IMG/VR virus record: IMGVR_UViG_3300040856_003054
Coordinates: 64,001 to 128,000 of that record
DNA: 64,000 nt
Strand: one strand, 5' to 3'
Source: a virus
Positions 1 through 9,590 of the stretch are shown in pieces (position 1 is the stretch's first letter; each line of letters begins with the position of its first letter). The translations under genes were made by a program, and so were the position numbers. The notes under the pieces were generated by a model. It was not told the DNA's origin and searched no databases. It saw nothing but the letters and a program-made list of their open reading frames with translations.

Positions 1-150
1 TAATGACTAATACCCAAAAAGCATTAGAACGAGTTATTATTGAACTTGATAGTTGGTGTGATAATTGGACTCCCACATCTTATAATGACCCTCGCATCAG
101 TTTGAGACAGATTGCTGACCGTGCCCGTAATGTTTTAGAACAGGAGAAAA

Positions 151-597
151 ATGACTGACTTTCAACCAAAACCACAACATCCCGAAGAAGTTGCCGATGG
201 ACTTCGTAATGCTTTTAGACAAGCAAAGAAAGATGGTGTGATGGATGCTACTCCTTATATTAAACAAATGACTTATAAAACTGATATTGAAAAAACTGAA
301 AAAGAAATTGTTGTCTTACAAAAGAAACTTGACCTCCTCAAAGAGATTGAGACACATAAATCTCAACCAAGAATGTATTTTGAACTTGGTGGTAAATTTG
401 AGATTGTCTCTTATAATGGTGAGAATTATTATCGTCTGGAATATCCAACTGTTGTTATTTGGTATAAGAAAAAGAAACCTGATGCATACCGTTTGATTGC
501 TGATGGTATGATGCTGGTTCGTATTACTGATGGTGAAACTCATCGTCTTCTTGAAGGACTTTGGTTTAATGAGGTGCGAAAGGGAAATTATGTCTGA
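151..597 (+). CDS. hypothetical phage protein (shares a domain with 1580..2206)
   Basis: ORF with AGGAG RBS; YNG..Y.R..Y and TD.ET...LEGLWFN.V.KG motifs shared with the downstream paralog. Confidence 0.8.
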   Translation: MTDFQPKPQHPEEVADGLRNAFRQAKKDGVMDATPYIKQMTYKTDIEKTEKEIVVLQKKLDLLKEIETHKSQPRMYFELGGKFEIVSYNGENYYRLEYPTVVIWYKKKKPDAYRLIADGMMLVRITDGETHRLLEGLWFNEVRKGNYV

Positions 598-1156
598 ACC
601 ATTAAATCATAAATTGGATGTAAGTAAAATCAAAACACTCACAGATGTAAAGAATGTCTTTGAGTGTATGAATTTGTACTCTTATGCTGATGAAGACCAC
701 GAAAAGTATGAACTTCTCAAAGAATACTTCACACTTCCAAATGAACCACAAGAACTCAAACTTGAACTACCACGCAAATCTTTGGAAGAAATCTCACAAG
801 AATTTAATGAGAAGATTGATAAACAGATTGAGGATGTAGAATATAAGTTTGAACAACTGAAATATCGTCAAGAGTATCAGTTTAGTAAAAAGATTACCAG
901 GATTATTGAGGATATTGAGTATGCTCGTGAGAATGGGAGACCCAGAGAAAAATCCACATTGGTTATGAACCATGATTCTCTTTCTGCGAATAGTTATGTT
1001 TCATCTAATTTTGTAATCAAATCAGGTGGTGAAGAAGTTGGATATTATACATTCGGTTCGGGATATTTTAGATATTATAAAAGAGATAAACCGAATTTTA
1101 TAGTGCGTTTTTGTATGAATAAACTTTTAGATTTTAGGTGGGTGGATGAGAAATGA
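590..1156 (+). CDS. hypothetical phage protein
   Basis: ORF 530..1156; probable ATG at 590 overlapping the previous gene. Confidence 0.75.
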   Translation: MSEPLNHKLDVSKIKTLTDVKNVFECMNLYSYADEDHEKYELLKEYFTLPNEPQELKLELPRKSLEEISQEFNEKIDKQIEDVEYKFEQLKYRQEYQFSKKITRIIEDIEYARENGRPREKSTLVMNHDSLSANSYVSSNFVIKSGGEEVGYYTFGSGYFRYYKRDKPNFIVRFCMNKLLDFRWVDEK

Positions 1157-1440
1157 CTTATCCATCTTATTGTTGCCCTAAATGCGGAGAACAGATAGGA
1201 TATATTGGAAGATTTTTTCAGTTTATTCGTATTCCATTACATCGGTGTAAGAAGAAACCTTATAAAGTCAAGGTGGGAAACTTTATTGTAAATGTAAAAT
1301 GACTAAAATCCTACTCAAAATTCTTAAGTTCTTCTTCTCAAATGAACGGGAAGTTTCTCCCGGTGTTTTTTACTTGGGTGGATATCTTTATGAGAACCGA
1401 AATAAACCAACAACACCACCACCACTCAAATTGAAGAAGA

Positions 1441-1498
1441 GAGACACTTGACGAACTGGCACAGGAGCATCCCACAGGTGCTCCTTTTGCCTTATAAT
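1441..1498 (+). promoter_or_regulatory. palindrome-associated early promoter
   Basis: GACA-cttgacgaac-TGGCAC, GGAGCA..TGCTCC hairpin, TATAAT at 1493. Confidence 0.75.
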
Positions 1499-1579
1499 GA
1501 CTTCATACACACAGAAACCTTCCGTATTCCTTTTCCAACTCCTGGAACTAAATGTCCTGAAACTAAACTTGAAATTAAA

Positions 1580-2206
1580 ATGACTGACAAAATCACACTT
1601 GAACTGACAATTGAAGAACTCAAACTGCTTGATAAGTATGTTGAGTATGGTGAGGAAACAAAAGAGCTGTTTGATAAAGTCAAGCAAGCATATCCTCAAC
1701 CAAAAATGGAATATCAACAATCTGGAACTGTTGATAAGGTAGAGTATAATGGTCATACCTATCTTCGTATTGATTATGATAATGATAGTTGGTTTGGTGG
1801 TGTTTGGTGGAAACAAACTATTGAACGACACAAATGTCCTATGAATATCGTTACCGATGATGAAACCAGAAACATCTTGGAAGGTCTGTGGTTCAATCAG
1901 GTAAAGAAAGGTGTGATTGATGAACCAGAGCATTATGATGAAGTAGAGTGGGACGAGAAAGATAATCCAAAACCTATGGATGATGTGGTGAATAGGTTAA
2001 TTGAGAAACATAAATCTCAAAAACTCTGGAATATTTTGTCAAACAAATATGATTATATTTCAGCAACTTGTGATGATATTGTATCCGCAGTAGAAGAATG
2101 GTTGCCTGAACCACAATCTGCCGAAGGATCACAAAATGTAGATACTGAACTACTTGTTGATGGTTTCAACGATTGTGTGCGGAAAATGAAGGAGATGTTG
2201 AGATGA
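1580..2206 (+). CDS. hypothetical phage protein (paralogous domain with 151..597)
   Basis: ATG at 1580 downstream of the promoter; LEGLWFNQVKKG motif. Confidence 0.8.
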   Translation: MTDKITLELTIEELKLLDKYVEYGEETKELFDKVKQAYPQPKMEYQQSGTVDKVEYNGHTYLRIDYDNDSWFGGVWWKQTIERHKCPMNIVTDDETRNILEGLWFNQVKKGVIDEPEHYDEVEWDEKDNPKPMDDVVNRLIEKHKSQKLWNILSNKYDYISATCDDIVSAVEEWLPEPQSAEGSQNVDTELLVDGFNDCVRKMKEMLR

Positions 2207-3066
2207 GATACAATCCAGCAGATTGGGACACCTATTCTTCAAAGCAAAGAAAAGAATGGTATTATAAACCATATGAAGAACAACGAGAGATTATAAACAA
2301 ATCATATCTCTCACTGATTACTGACGAAACTGGTAATCTTGATACTATAAAAATCCTTGAACTCATTATGGATTTACAAGACCGAGTAGAAGACCTTGAA
2401 ATAGAATGTGTGAGGAAGGATTATTATTGATGACTAAACGCAACTTTACGCAAGAACTCTATTATTCCTATTATGAGGATATGGAGGATGGTAGAACAAC
2501 TGAAACGATTGATTATGCTGCTTTGATTGGTATTATCGCAGAGTTGTGTGATAGAATAGAGCAACTTGAAAAAGACAACAACCTCTTAAAATCCTACGCA
2601 TGGGAACAATGACGAAACTATCACTCAAATGGAAACAAATCTTTGATGAAATCTCAACAGCAGATGAACATGTTGTTGGAAAAATCAATTACTATAACCT
2701 TGCTAGTATCTTGGAAGATTTGTATGTAGAAAATGCTGAACTCAAAGAACGAGTAGAAGCACTTGAAAAAGATAAGAACCAATGGTATCATCCAGAGAGT
2801 AGTGTAGCAATAAACAAAACTTACACTGATGGTTTGCTATGACTGAAGAAGACAAGTATGCTCTCAAAGAGTTTCTGCGTGGTGCTGGTGCATTTCTTCT
2901 TGCCTCTGCTGTCTTTCTTGCTTACTTTGCATCTGGTGATAAACCAATCAATGAAGCATCATTTGAAGTGGTTGATAAGTATGATAATCGTTGTAATGTA
3001 ATACGATATACTCCTAATAATTCTGCACGATATGTTTATTTCTTGGATTGTTCATCTAAATACTAA
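2203..3066 (+). CDS. run of four small overlapping hypothetical genes; the last (2839..3066) has an N-terminal TM helix
   Basis: Abutting or ATGA-overlapping ORFs ending at 2430, 2612, 2842 and 3066. Confidence 0.7.
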
Positions 3067-3158
3067 TGCCTTAACTGACCGCAATCTGTAAGGTGGGAGG
3101 AGAGAAATCTCCTCCTTTGTAATATAAATACTAATGCGGTTAGTTTAAGAGTAGAACT
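3057..3158 (+). ncRNA. endonuclease-leader cassette 1: late promoter, putative antisense sRNA, terminator, late promoter
   Basis: TAAATA 3057; cttaactgaccgca 3070-3083 complementary to tgcggttagtttaag 3135-3149; terminator ggaggaga-gaaa-tctcctcc-ttt; TATAAATA 3123. Confidence 0.6.
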
Positions 3159-3854
3159 ATGGTAAATCCATATAGATTTTATACCTATGCTTATTTGCGT
3201 GAGGATGGAACTCCCTATTACATAGGCAAAGGTAAAGAAAATAGAGCATATAAGAAAGTTAAGGGTGAAGTTGGAAAACCAACTGACAAATCAAGAATAA
3301 TTTTTCTCAAACAAAATCTAACTGAAGAAGAAGCATTTAGACATGAAATCTACATGATTGCTGTGTTTGGGAGAATTGATTTGGGAACTGGCATTCTTCG
3401 CAATAAAACTGATGGTGGTGAAGGTTCTACTGGATTAAAAATGTCCGATGAAAGTAAACAAAAGATAAGTAAAATTCATAAAGGTAAAACTCTTTCTGAA
3501 AAACATAAACAAATACTTGAAAAACATAGAGTTAAAAAACATTCCAAACAAACTATAGAAAAACTAAAAAAATCAAAAATAGGAAATAAATGGAATGTTG
3601 GAAGAAAACTTTCAGAAGAACATAAAGAAAAAATAAGAAAATGGAACTTGAATAAAATTGTTAGTGAAGAAACTAAAATAAAAATAAGTCAGTCAAAAAA
3701 AGGAAAACCTCAAAGTGAAAATCAAAAAGAAGCAATTAAAATGTTATGTCAAAAAGTAAGAGGAACAAAATGGTGGAATGATGGGCAAATCAACAAAAGA
3801 AGTGTAGAATGTCCTGGTGATGGTTGGAATTTGGGTAGAGTTAGGTTGTCATAA
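3159..3854 (+). CDS. GIY-YIG-family free-standing homing endonuclease with NUMOD3-like repeats
   Basis: YTYAYLREDGTPYYIGKG..R, E..I...GR, N.TDGGEG; basic SEE.K.KIS repeats. Confidence 0.85.
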   Translation: MVNPYRFYTYAYLREDGTPYYIGKGKENRAYKKVKGEVGKPTDKSRIIFLKQNLTEEEAFRHEIYMIAVFGRIDLGTGILRNKTDGGEGSTGLKMSDESKQKISKIHKGKTLSEKHKQILEKHRVKKHSKQTIEKLKKSKIGNKWNVGRKLSEEHKEKIRKWNLNKIVSEETKIKISQSKKGKPQSENQKEAIKMLCQKVRGTKWWNDGQINKRSVECPGDGWNLGRVRLS

Positions 3855-3912
3855 GGACACTTTACAAACTGGCACGGGGGCACTTGAAAACAGGTGCCTT
3901 TTGTTGTATAAT
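3854..3912 (+). promoter_or_regulatory. palindrome-associated early promoter
   Basis: GACA-N10-TGGCAC, TTGAAA, TATAAT 3907; near-identical to 5744..5802. Confidence 0.8.
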
Positions 3913-3934
3913 GACTTTATGAAACAAAAATCTT

Positions 3935-4528
3935 ATGACTGATAATCTCCCAGTTCCTGATGATTTGCCTTATTTAAATCTATCTCAAAGTGAATTGGAT
4001 GAATTGAGAAAATCAAAGAAAGAATTAACGGAATATGGTAAACAGAAGTTGAGAGAACTTATCTACAAAGAGGATATGCGAAAAATGGAAGATGCCGCAA
4101 AAGACCTTGTTCATAAAAATCTTACACACGAAGAGATGACCACAGGAGAACTTATGGACACTGAAAAGTTCCAAGAAGAACTTTCTGAACAGAAAGTATT
4201 TGATGCCGATAAGTTTGCGGAGGAAAATAGTATGGTAAGAAATCATCGTATCCTTGACCGATATAACATGTTCTACAATACTGAATGTTCTGGTCTCACT
4301 TGGGGTACACATATCACACCAGAGTTTCAACAGGCAATGGCATTAGAGTGTATGCTTGATGCGTTGAGGTATGAGAACTTTAACCATGAGTTTGATGTTG
4401 TTTCTACTGCTGACATCAATGCACTGATTGATGGATTGTATCAACAAGGTAAAGATTATCTGGAACGAGTGAAGACACTTCAACAACCGTCACAAGAGAG
4501 CACCAAAACTGATTTGGATGCTCTATAA
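3935..4528 (+). CDS. hypothetical phage protein
   Basis: 197-aa ORF after promoter; its C-terminus is encoded by the next promoter element. Confidence 0.75.
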   Translation: MTDNLPVPDDLPYLNLSQSELDELRKSKKELTEYGKQKLRELIYKEDMRKMEDAAKDLVHKNLTHEEMTTGELMDTEKFQEELSEQKVFDADKFAEENSMVRNHRILDRYNMFYNTECSGLTWGTHITPEFQQAMALECMLDALRYENFNHEFDVVSTADINALIDGLYQQGKDYLERVKTLQQPSQESTKTDLDAL

Positions 4529-4552
4529 TAGTATTATACACAATCAACCACA

Positions 4553-4810
4553 ATGATTTCTCCTTACAATGTAGTTCCTGGAACTGATATTGTTCATAGC
4601 ATCACTGATTGTTATGAACTCTGTGATGAAGCAGAAGGATGCACTCACACTGTAAAACTTAATGCGGATAATGGTGGTGTTTACTTGGAATCAATAGGAA
4701 AGCAACACGATAGTGAGCACAGAGGTATCACTGAATATATGACTATCTCAAACAAAGAACTTGCTATAGTAGTCGCAAAAAGGATTTTGGAATTGTACAA
4801 CGCAGTATAA
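4553..4810 (+). CDS. hypothetical phage protein
   Basis: 85-aa ORF after promoter element 4472..4529. Confidence 0.7.
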   Translation: MISPYNVVPGTDIVHSITDCYELCDEAEGCTHTVKLNADNGGVYLESIGKQHDSEHRGITEYMTISNKELAIVVAKRILELYNAV

Positions 4811-4922
4811 ATAAAAATGTCTGTTTGGACTGCAATCTCTACGGACAAGATTAGGTGCTCTTTGGGGCACCTTTTCTATTATAAAGTTTTATAAATAATA
4901 ATGCAGTCCAAATAGAATAGAA
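4806..4922 (+). ncRNA. endonuclease-leader cassette 2
   Basis: TATAAATA 4806; stem tgtctgt/acggaca; tctgtttggactgca 4820-4834 complementary to tgcagtccaaataga 4902-4916; terminator aggtgctc-tttg-gggcacct-ttt; TATAAATA 4890. Confidence 0.65.
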
Positions 4923-5744
4923 ATGACTAATCATAGTCCTAGAATTTATGTGTATAAAATCACATTTGAAGAAGTTCCTTATTATTACTATGGAGTCCAT
5001 AAGGAAAATAAGTTTGATGAATACTATATGGGTTCTCCTTATACTCATAAATGGGTTTGGGATTTTTATACACCTAAAAAACAAATACTTCAACTTTTTG
5101 AGTTTAGTGATGAAGGTTGGTCAGAAGCAAACGAAATAGAACAAAGATTGATTAGACCTGTATTCAATACAGATAAATGGTGTCTCAACGAAAATTGTGG
5201 TAGAGTAGTTTCTCTTAATATCTTAAGGGAAAATGGTAAAAAAGTTAGTGAAAAATATTCAAGTATAAATGGTAAAAAGAATGGAAAAAAATCTTATGAA
5301 CTTGGATTAGGAATTCACGGAAGAACCAAGGAGCAAAGAACTGAAGATTGTGGTAAAGGTGGGAAAATAATGGGAGAAAAACATAAAAAAGATGGAACTG
5401 GAATTTTTGCAATTACTTCAGAAGAAAGAACTGAAATCGGTAAAAGAATGGGAAAAATAAATTATGAACTTGGTATTGGTGTTCACGGAAGAACCAAAGA
5501 AAAAATGACCGAAGATGGGAAAAAGGGAGGTAAAATCACAGCAGAAAATCATAAAAGAAATAAAACAGGAATTTTTGGAATAGATGACGAACAAAAAAGA
5601 AAAAATAGTATAAAAGGTGGTAGAAGGACATCCTCTCAAAAATGGATGTGCCTTGAAACTGGTTATGTTAGTAATGCTGGTGGACTTTCTCATTATCAAA
5701 AGAAAAGAAATATAGACACATCTAAAAGAGTTAGAATATCATAA
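4923..5744 (+). CDS. Seg-like GIY-YIG homing endonuclease with internal GIHG/GIFG..GKKGG repeats
   Basis: IYVYKIT..YYYYG.H...Y.GS, E..LI, LNEN; tandem basic repeats in the C-terminal half. Confidence 0.8.
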   Translation: MTNHSPRIYVYKITFEEVPYYYYGVHKENKFDEYYMGSPYTHKWVWDFYTPKKQILQLFEFSDEGWSEANEIEQRLIRPVFNTDKWCLNENCGRVVSLNILRENGKKVSEKYSSINGKKNGKKSYELGLGIHGRTKEQRTEDCGKGGKIMGEKHKKDGTGIFAITSEERTEIGKRMGKINYELGIGVHGRTKEKMTEDGKKGGKITAENHKRNKTGIFGIDDEQKRKNSIKGGRRTSSQKWMCLETGYVSNAGGLSHYQKKRNIDTSKRVRIS

Positions 5745-5802
5745 GGACACTTCTCAAACTGGAACAAGGGCACTTGAACTCAGGTGCCTTTTCTTGTATA
5801 AT
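5744..5802 (+). promoter_or_regulatory. palindrome-associated early promoter
   Basis: GACA-N10-TGGAAC, TTGAAC, TATAAT 5797. Confidence 0.8.
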
Positions 5803-5823
5803 GACTTCATACGCAACAAACTG

Positions 5824-6644
5824 ATGAAGTGTAAAACTTGTAAACACTGGAATGGAAACTCACTAGGTATTGGAACTTGTAGTGGTCTTATTCCACAATT
5901 CAAGATTATTCCACTACCCCCTGTGATTGATAAGAAAGGAAACCCACAGAAGAAGAGCAAATTACTTCAAGTGCGTTCTGGAGTCAGTGGTGTGAATAAT
6001 CCTATGACTCCTGCTGATTTTTATTGTAAAAACTGGAGCAACAAATGAAAATCGAATTCAAAGGACACTCACAAACTGACCGAGAAGTAGAACTCTCTCA
6101 ACAAGAATTACATACTCTTTTTGAGATTATGAGAGAAGAGTTCAAAGAACACATCACCTATGCTAGGTTCCGTAATTGTTATTCTCCAACTGCAACTGAA
6201 AAGTCTATCATAGATTTTTGCAATTCTCATAATGTTGACTGTGAATATGATCGTGATAGGGTAGCATTCTTTACTGCCATCCTCAATAACCTCAAGAATC
6301 CTTATCAATGAACATTACATTTAAGCAGCATATTCTCTTGTTATCAGGGCTTACAGTGTTATATGATAGTGCTGAAAAAGTTGGTAACTCTGAAATGCAA
6401 CACGAAATTCTAGAACTTTCTGAGATTATTCAAGAGTATGCTGAAAGGAGACAAAGAGCAGATGAACGAAGAAAAGAATCCTGATGAGATTGTCGTCAAG
6501 GACATTGATATGATTCACTTTGAGATGATGGATGATGGATTTCTCTGGTGCGGAATTTATCATAAGAATGGTCAAGTTGACCACTTTAATATCACATCAA
6601 AGAAGAATAAACTCTCTACTTTATGGATGCCTGATTGTGGGTAA
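5824..6644 (+). CDS. small hypothetical genes (first has a CxxC..C..C putative Zn motif)
   Basis: ORFs ending at 6048, 6311 and 6644; CKTCKHW...C...FYC. Confidence 0.65.
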
Positions 6645-6704
6645 TAAATACTCTTACGATTAAGAAAAGATATAATGTCTCTTGCTCACATCCCTTGGGT
6701 AGTT

Positions 6705-6718
6705 TATAAATATAAATA
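6705..6718 (+). promoter_or_regulatory. overlapping T4-type late promoters
   Basis: TATAAATA at 6705 and 6711, upstream of the ATG at 6736. Confidence 0.75.
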
Positions 6719-6735
6719 TAAAAAAATATGATCGT

Positions 6736-8517
6736 ATGGGATTAAACATAGGAATTACCAATGATTACTTATTGAATACCCCTAATGTTGCATCGGCAGT
6801 AGAAAAGTATGTTTTATGGGCAAAAGCAAGGCAGGGAGGTTCTCCTGGTCTTAAACCATCATTAGATTTAGACTTTGCAAGAAATAAGAGTCTTATCGAT
6901 AATGTTACTGGGCAGCAGTTGGTGGATTTCACCCGCGCTAGTAGTGGCACGTATGTCGGCAGCGATGGGCTGATTAAGACGGCGGTGACGAATTTGTTGG
7001 TGCGGAGTGAGGAGTTTGACAGTAATTGGGCAATTTTTGGCCTGAGTGTTACGGCAAATCAAGAGACAGCCCCAAGTGGGCTGCTAGCTGCTGATCTTAT
7101 TTCTATTGCTGGTTCCGGCCAAGGAATTTGGCAATTTATCACATGCACCCCTGGATTACAGTACACAGCGTCTGTTTATGTAAAACTCGGTACGCTTTCG
7201 GCTGCAGACTATAAAATCGCCGTGCGTGACGATACTGCCGGAGTGTTTATAGCAGCAGACATAACACCCACTCAAACACCGTCATCGACCGGCTGGACGC
7301 GAATTTCTTATACAGTGACAGCCCCTGCTGGGTGTACGACGCTTCGCTTTTACCCTTTCCGAAATACGACCAATGTTACGGGAACAATCTACCTCTGGGG
7401 CGCCCAACTAGAGCAGTCGTCTACTGTGGGTGAATACGTCCCCACCACCAGCACGATTAACAGTGCTCCACGGTTTGATCACGATCCCACCACGGGCGAG
7501 AGCTTGGGGCTGTTGGTGGAGGAAAGTAGGACGAATTTGTTGCTGCGGAGTGAGGAGTTTGATGATGCTTACTGGACAAAAACTCTTGTCACAATTGCCG
7601 CAAACGATGACACCGCTCCAAACGGGCAGATTTCCGCAGAAAAGATTACGCCGACCGTAGACAATGGTGGACACTTAGTACGCAGAGATGTTTCTGGCTT
7701 AACAGCAAATGCGGTTTACACGCTGTCTTTCTACGCAAAATCAGCGGGCTACTCAAGAGCCGGGCTGATTATAGGCACGACGGATCTTTCAACTCGGGCC
7801 ACGGCTGAGTTCAATCTTAATGCCGCGTCAGTAACTGCTCAATCAGGCCAATTAGCGACTTCGGTGGAAAGCGTTGGAGGCGGTTGGGTAAAGATTTCGC
7901 TGTCTGCTCAGAACATAAATACTACTACCTACAGATGCGAAATTAGGGTTTTGGGCTTAGGTGGCGTGACTGACTCTTATACCGGAGACGGCACATCTGG
8001 CATCTACCTCTGGGGCGCCCAACTAGAAGCCGGCGCCTTCCCCACCAGCTACATCCCCACCGAAGATGCCACGGTGACCCGCAGTGCTGACGTGGCCAGC
8101 GACACCACCAGAGGCGGCAACATCCGCAGCCTGTTCACGCAGTTCCGCAGCCCTGCATCAGGCACCAGGCCGGTGGTTTCGTTGGACGACAACACCGCCA
8201 ACGAGCGCATCGAGATCCTGACCAGCGGCACTGATCCGAAGCTGCTGGTAACGGCCGGCGGCAGCGCTGTGGCTGATCTGGATGCAGGCACCGTTGTGGC
8301 CAATGTGGCTGCCCGTGCTGCGGCTCGCTTCAACACCGACAACTACGCCATCAGTATCAACGGCGGCACGTCGCAGCTCGATACCTCCGGCACGCTGCCC
8401 ACCGTGAACCGCATCAGGATCGGCAGCAATCAAGCTGACAACTACCTGAACGGCACCATCGCACGGATCACCGGCTGGGACGTGGTGCTGCCCAACCTGC
8501 CACCGATTACCCAGTAG
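6736..8517 (+). CDS. virion fibre/decoration-like protein with duplicated carbohydrate-binding (CBM/lectin-like) domains
   Basis: LDLDF..FTRASSGTY..DG, PRFDHDP..G..GLLVEESRTNLL, two WGAQLE..Y.PT repeats, C-terminal LamG-like region; late promoter; high GC. Confidence 0.7.
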   Translation: MGLNIGITNDYLLNTPNVASAVEKYVLWAKARQGGSPGLKPSLDLDFARNKSLIDNVTGQQLVDFTRASSGTYVGSDGLIKTAVTNLLVRSEEFDSNWAIFGLSVTANQETAPSGLLAADLISIAGSGQGIWQFITCTPGLQYTASVYVKLGTLSAADYKIAVRDDTAGVFIAADITPTQTPSSTGWTRISYTVTAPAGCTTLRFYPFRNTTNVTGTIYLWGAQLEQSSTVGEYVPTTSTINSAPRFDHDPTTGESLGLLVEESRTNLLLRSEEFDDAYWTKTLVTIAANDDTAPNGQISAEKITPTVDNGGHLVRRDVSGLTANAVYTLSFYAKSAGYSRAGLIIGTTDLSTRATAEFNLNAASVTAQSGQLATSVESVGGGWVKISLSAQNINTTTYRCEIRVLGLGGVTDSYTGDGTSGIYLWGAQLEAGAFPTSYIPTEDATVTRSADVASDTTRGGNIRSLFTQFRSPASGTRPVVSLDDNTANERIEILTSGTDPKLLVTAGGSAVADLDAGTVVANVAARAAARFNTDNYAISINGGTSQLDTSGTLPTVNRIRIGSNQADNYLNGTIARITGWDVVLPNLPPITQ

Positions 8518-8532
8518 TCGGCAACACTAATC

Positions 8533-8682
8533 ATGACTGAAGAACTCCTACCCATCGTTGCTGCAGAAATCGGGAATGGCATTGCTTGTGACCGACCAGA
8601 CAAAGAAACTGCCAGACGAGTTTTAGCCCATGTAGAAACGTGGCTGGCTGCTCAAACCACTACCCCTACCTCTCATGACTGA
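8533..8682 (+). CDS. 49-aa hypothetical protein (not in ORF track)
   Basis: MTEELLPIVAAEIGNG...; same 5' end (catgactgaagaact) as the gene at 8675. Confidence 0.45.
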   Translation: MTEELLPIVAAEIGNGIACDRPDKETARRVLAHVETWLAAQTTTPTSHD

Positions 8683-8983
8683 AGAACTGCTCACACCCCC
8701 CACCCCCACGATGTTCCGCTTCCCAAATGCTGCTGTTGGCATGGCTGCGCTTGATGATGCTGGGCTACTTGATGACGACTTGAATCCCATCACCGCTAGT
8801 CATAACCACGCCCTAGATGTAATCGGCACCATCTCCCGTGGTGGTGAATGGGACGATGAAGGTAATGTCATCACTTCGCCTGAGGTGCTGGAGGGCTTTC
8901 ATTTGAACTACCAAGGACCGCTGCCGGATGGGTGGGACGCTTATGCGGTGTGGCCGGAGCAGCCGGTGAGGGCGTGGGCGTGA
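8675..8983 (+). CDS. small companion protein of the fibre-like gene
   Basis: ALDVIGTI...GEWD..G...P..L.GFH.N...P..P.R.W; GC-rich like the upstream gene. Confidence 0.7.
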   Translation: MTEELLTPPTPTMFRFPNAAVGMAALDDAGLLDDDLNPITASHNHALDVIGTISRGGEWDDEGNVITSPEVLEGFHLNYQGPLPDGWDAYAVWPEQPVRAWA

Positions 8984-9035
8984 AACTGTCACACACAATA
9001 CACCATAAACCACAAAGACCTGCTATAATATCATT

Positions 9036-9493
9036 ATGAAATACCTGAACTCTAAATGGGAAATGATTGTGTGGGGATTTGAACTATTCCAGAATGCAAT
9101 CTATTTTCGGTTGACATTAGAGGATAACATTGATAGATTATCCTTCTTTGAAGAACTCTCTGCTGGGTATATTGAAATGACTGATGAGTATCTAATGTCT
9201 CAACCCGACTTTGACCCATATAATCTATCGGGTAGAGATTCTTATTATTCTTATGTGATGAGTCAAAAGTGATGGACTTTCCAGTGTTCTTAAATAAATG
9301 GATAATCTCCAATAAGTTTCTTAAGTATACTCCATTCTGGTGGTGGTACAGGTTAATATCTCATCAAGGTTTTCGCTTTGATGATTATTATGTGTGGAAG
9401 GAGTTTTGGATGTCCTTAAATCAAGGATATATGGATATGAACTATAAATGGGAGTTTGAACAATATTGGAGTGTAAAACCTAAACATAAATAA
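9036..9493 (+). CDS. two small aromatic-rich hypothetical genes (9036..9272, 9269..9493)
   Basis: Overlapping ORFs after promoter with TATAAT at 9024. Confidence 0.65.
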
Positions 9494-9590
9494 TGATGTC
9501 TGTTTGGACGGCAATCTCTACAGACAAAGATTAGGTGCTTTCGGGCACCTTTTCTATTATAAATAATAATGCCGTCCAAATAGAATAAAG
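9486..9590 (+). ncRNA. endonuclease-leader cassette 3
   Basis: ATAAATA 9486; stem tgtctgt/acagaca; tctgtttggacggca 9499-9513 complementary to tgccgtccaaataga 9570-9584; terminator aggtgct-ttcg-ggcacct-ttt; TATAAATA 9558. Confidence 0.65.
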
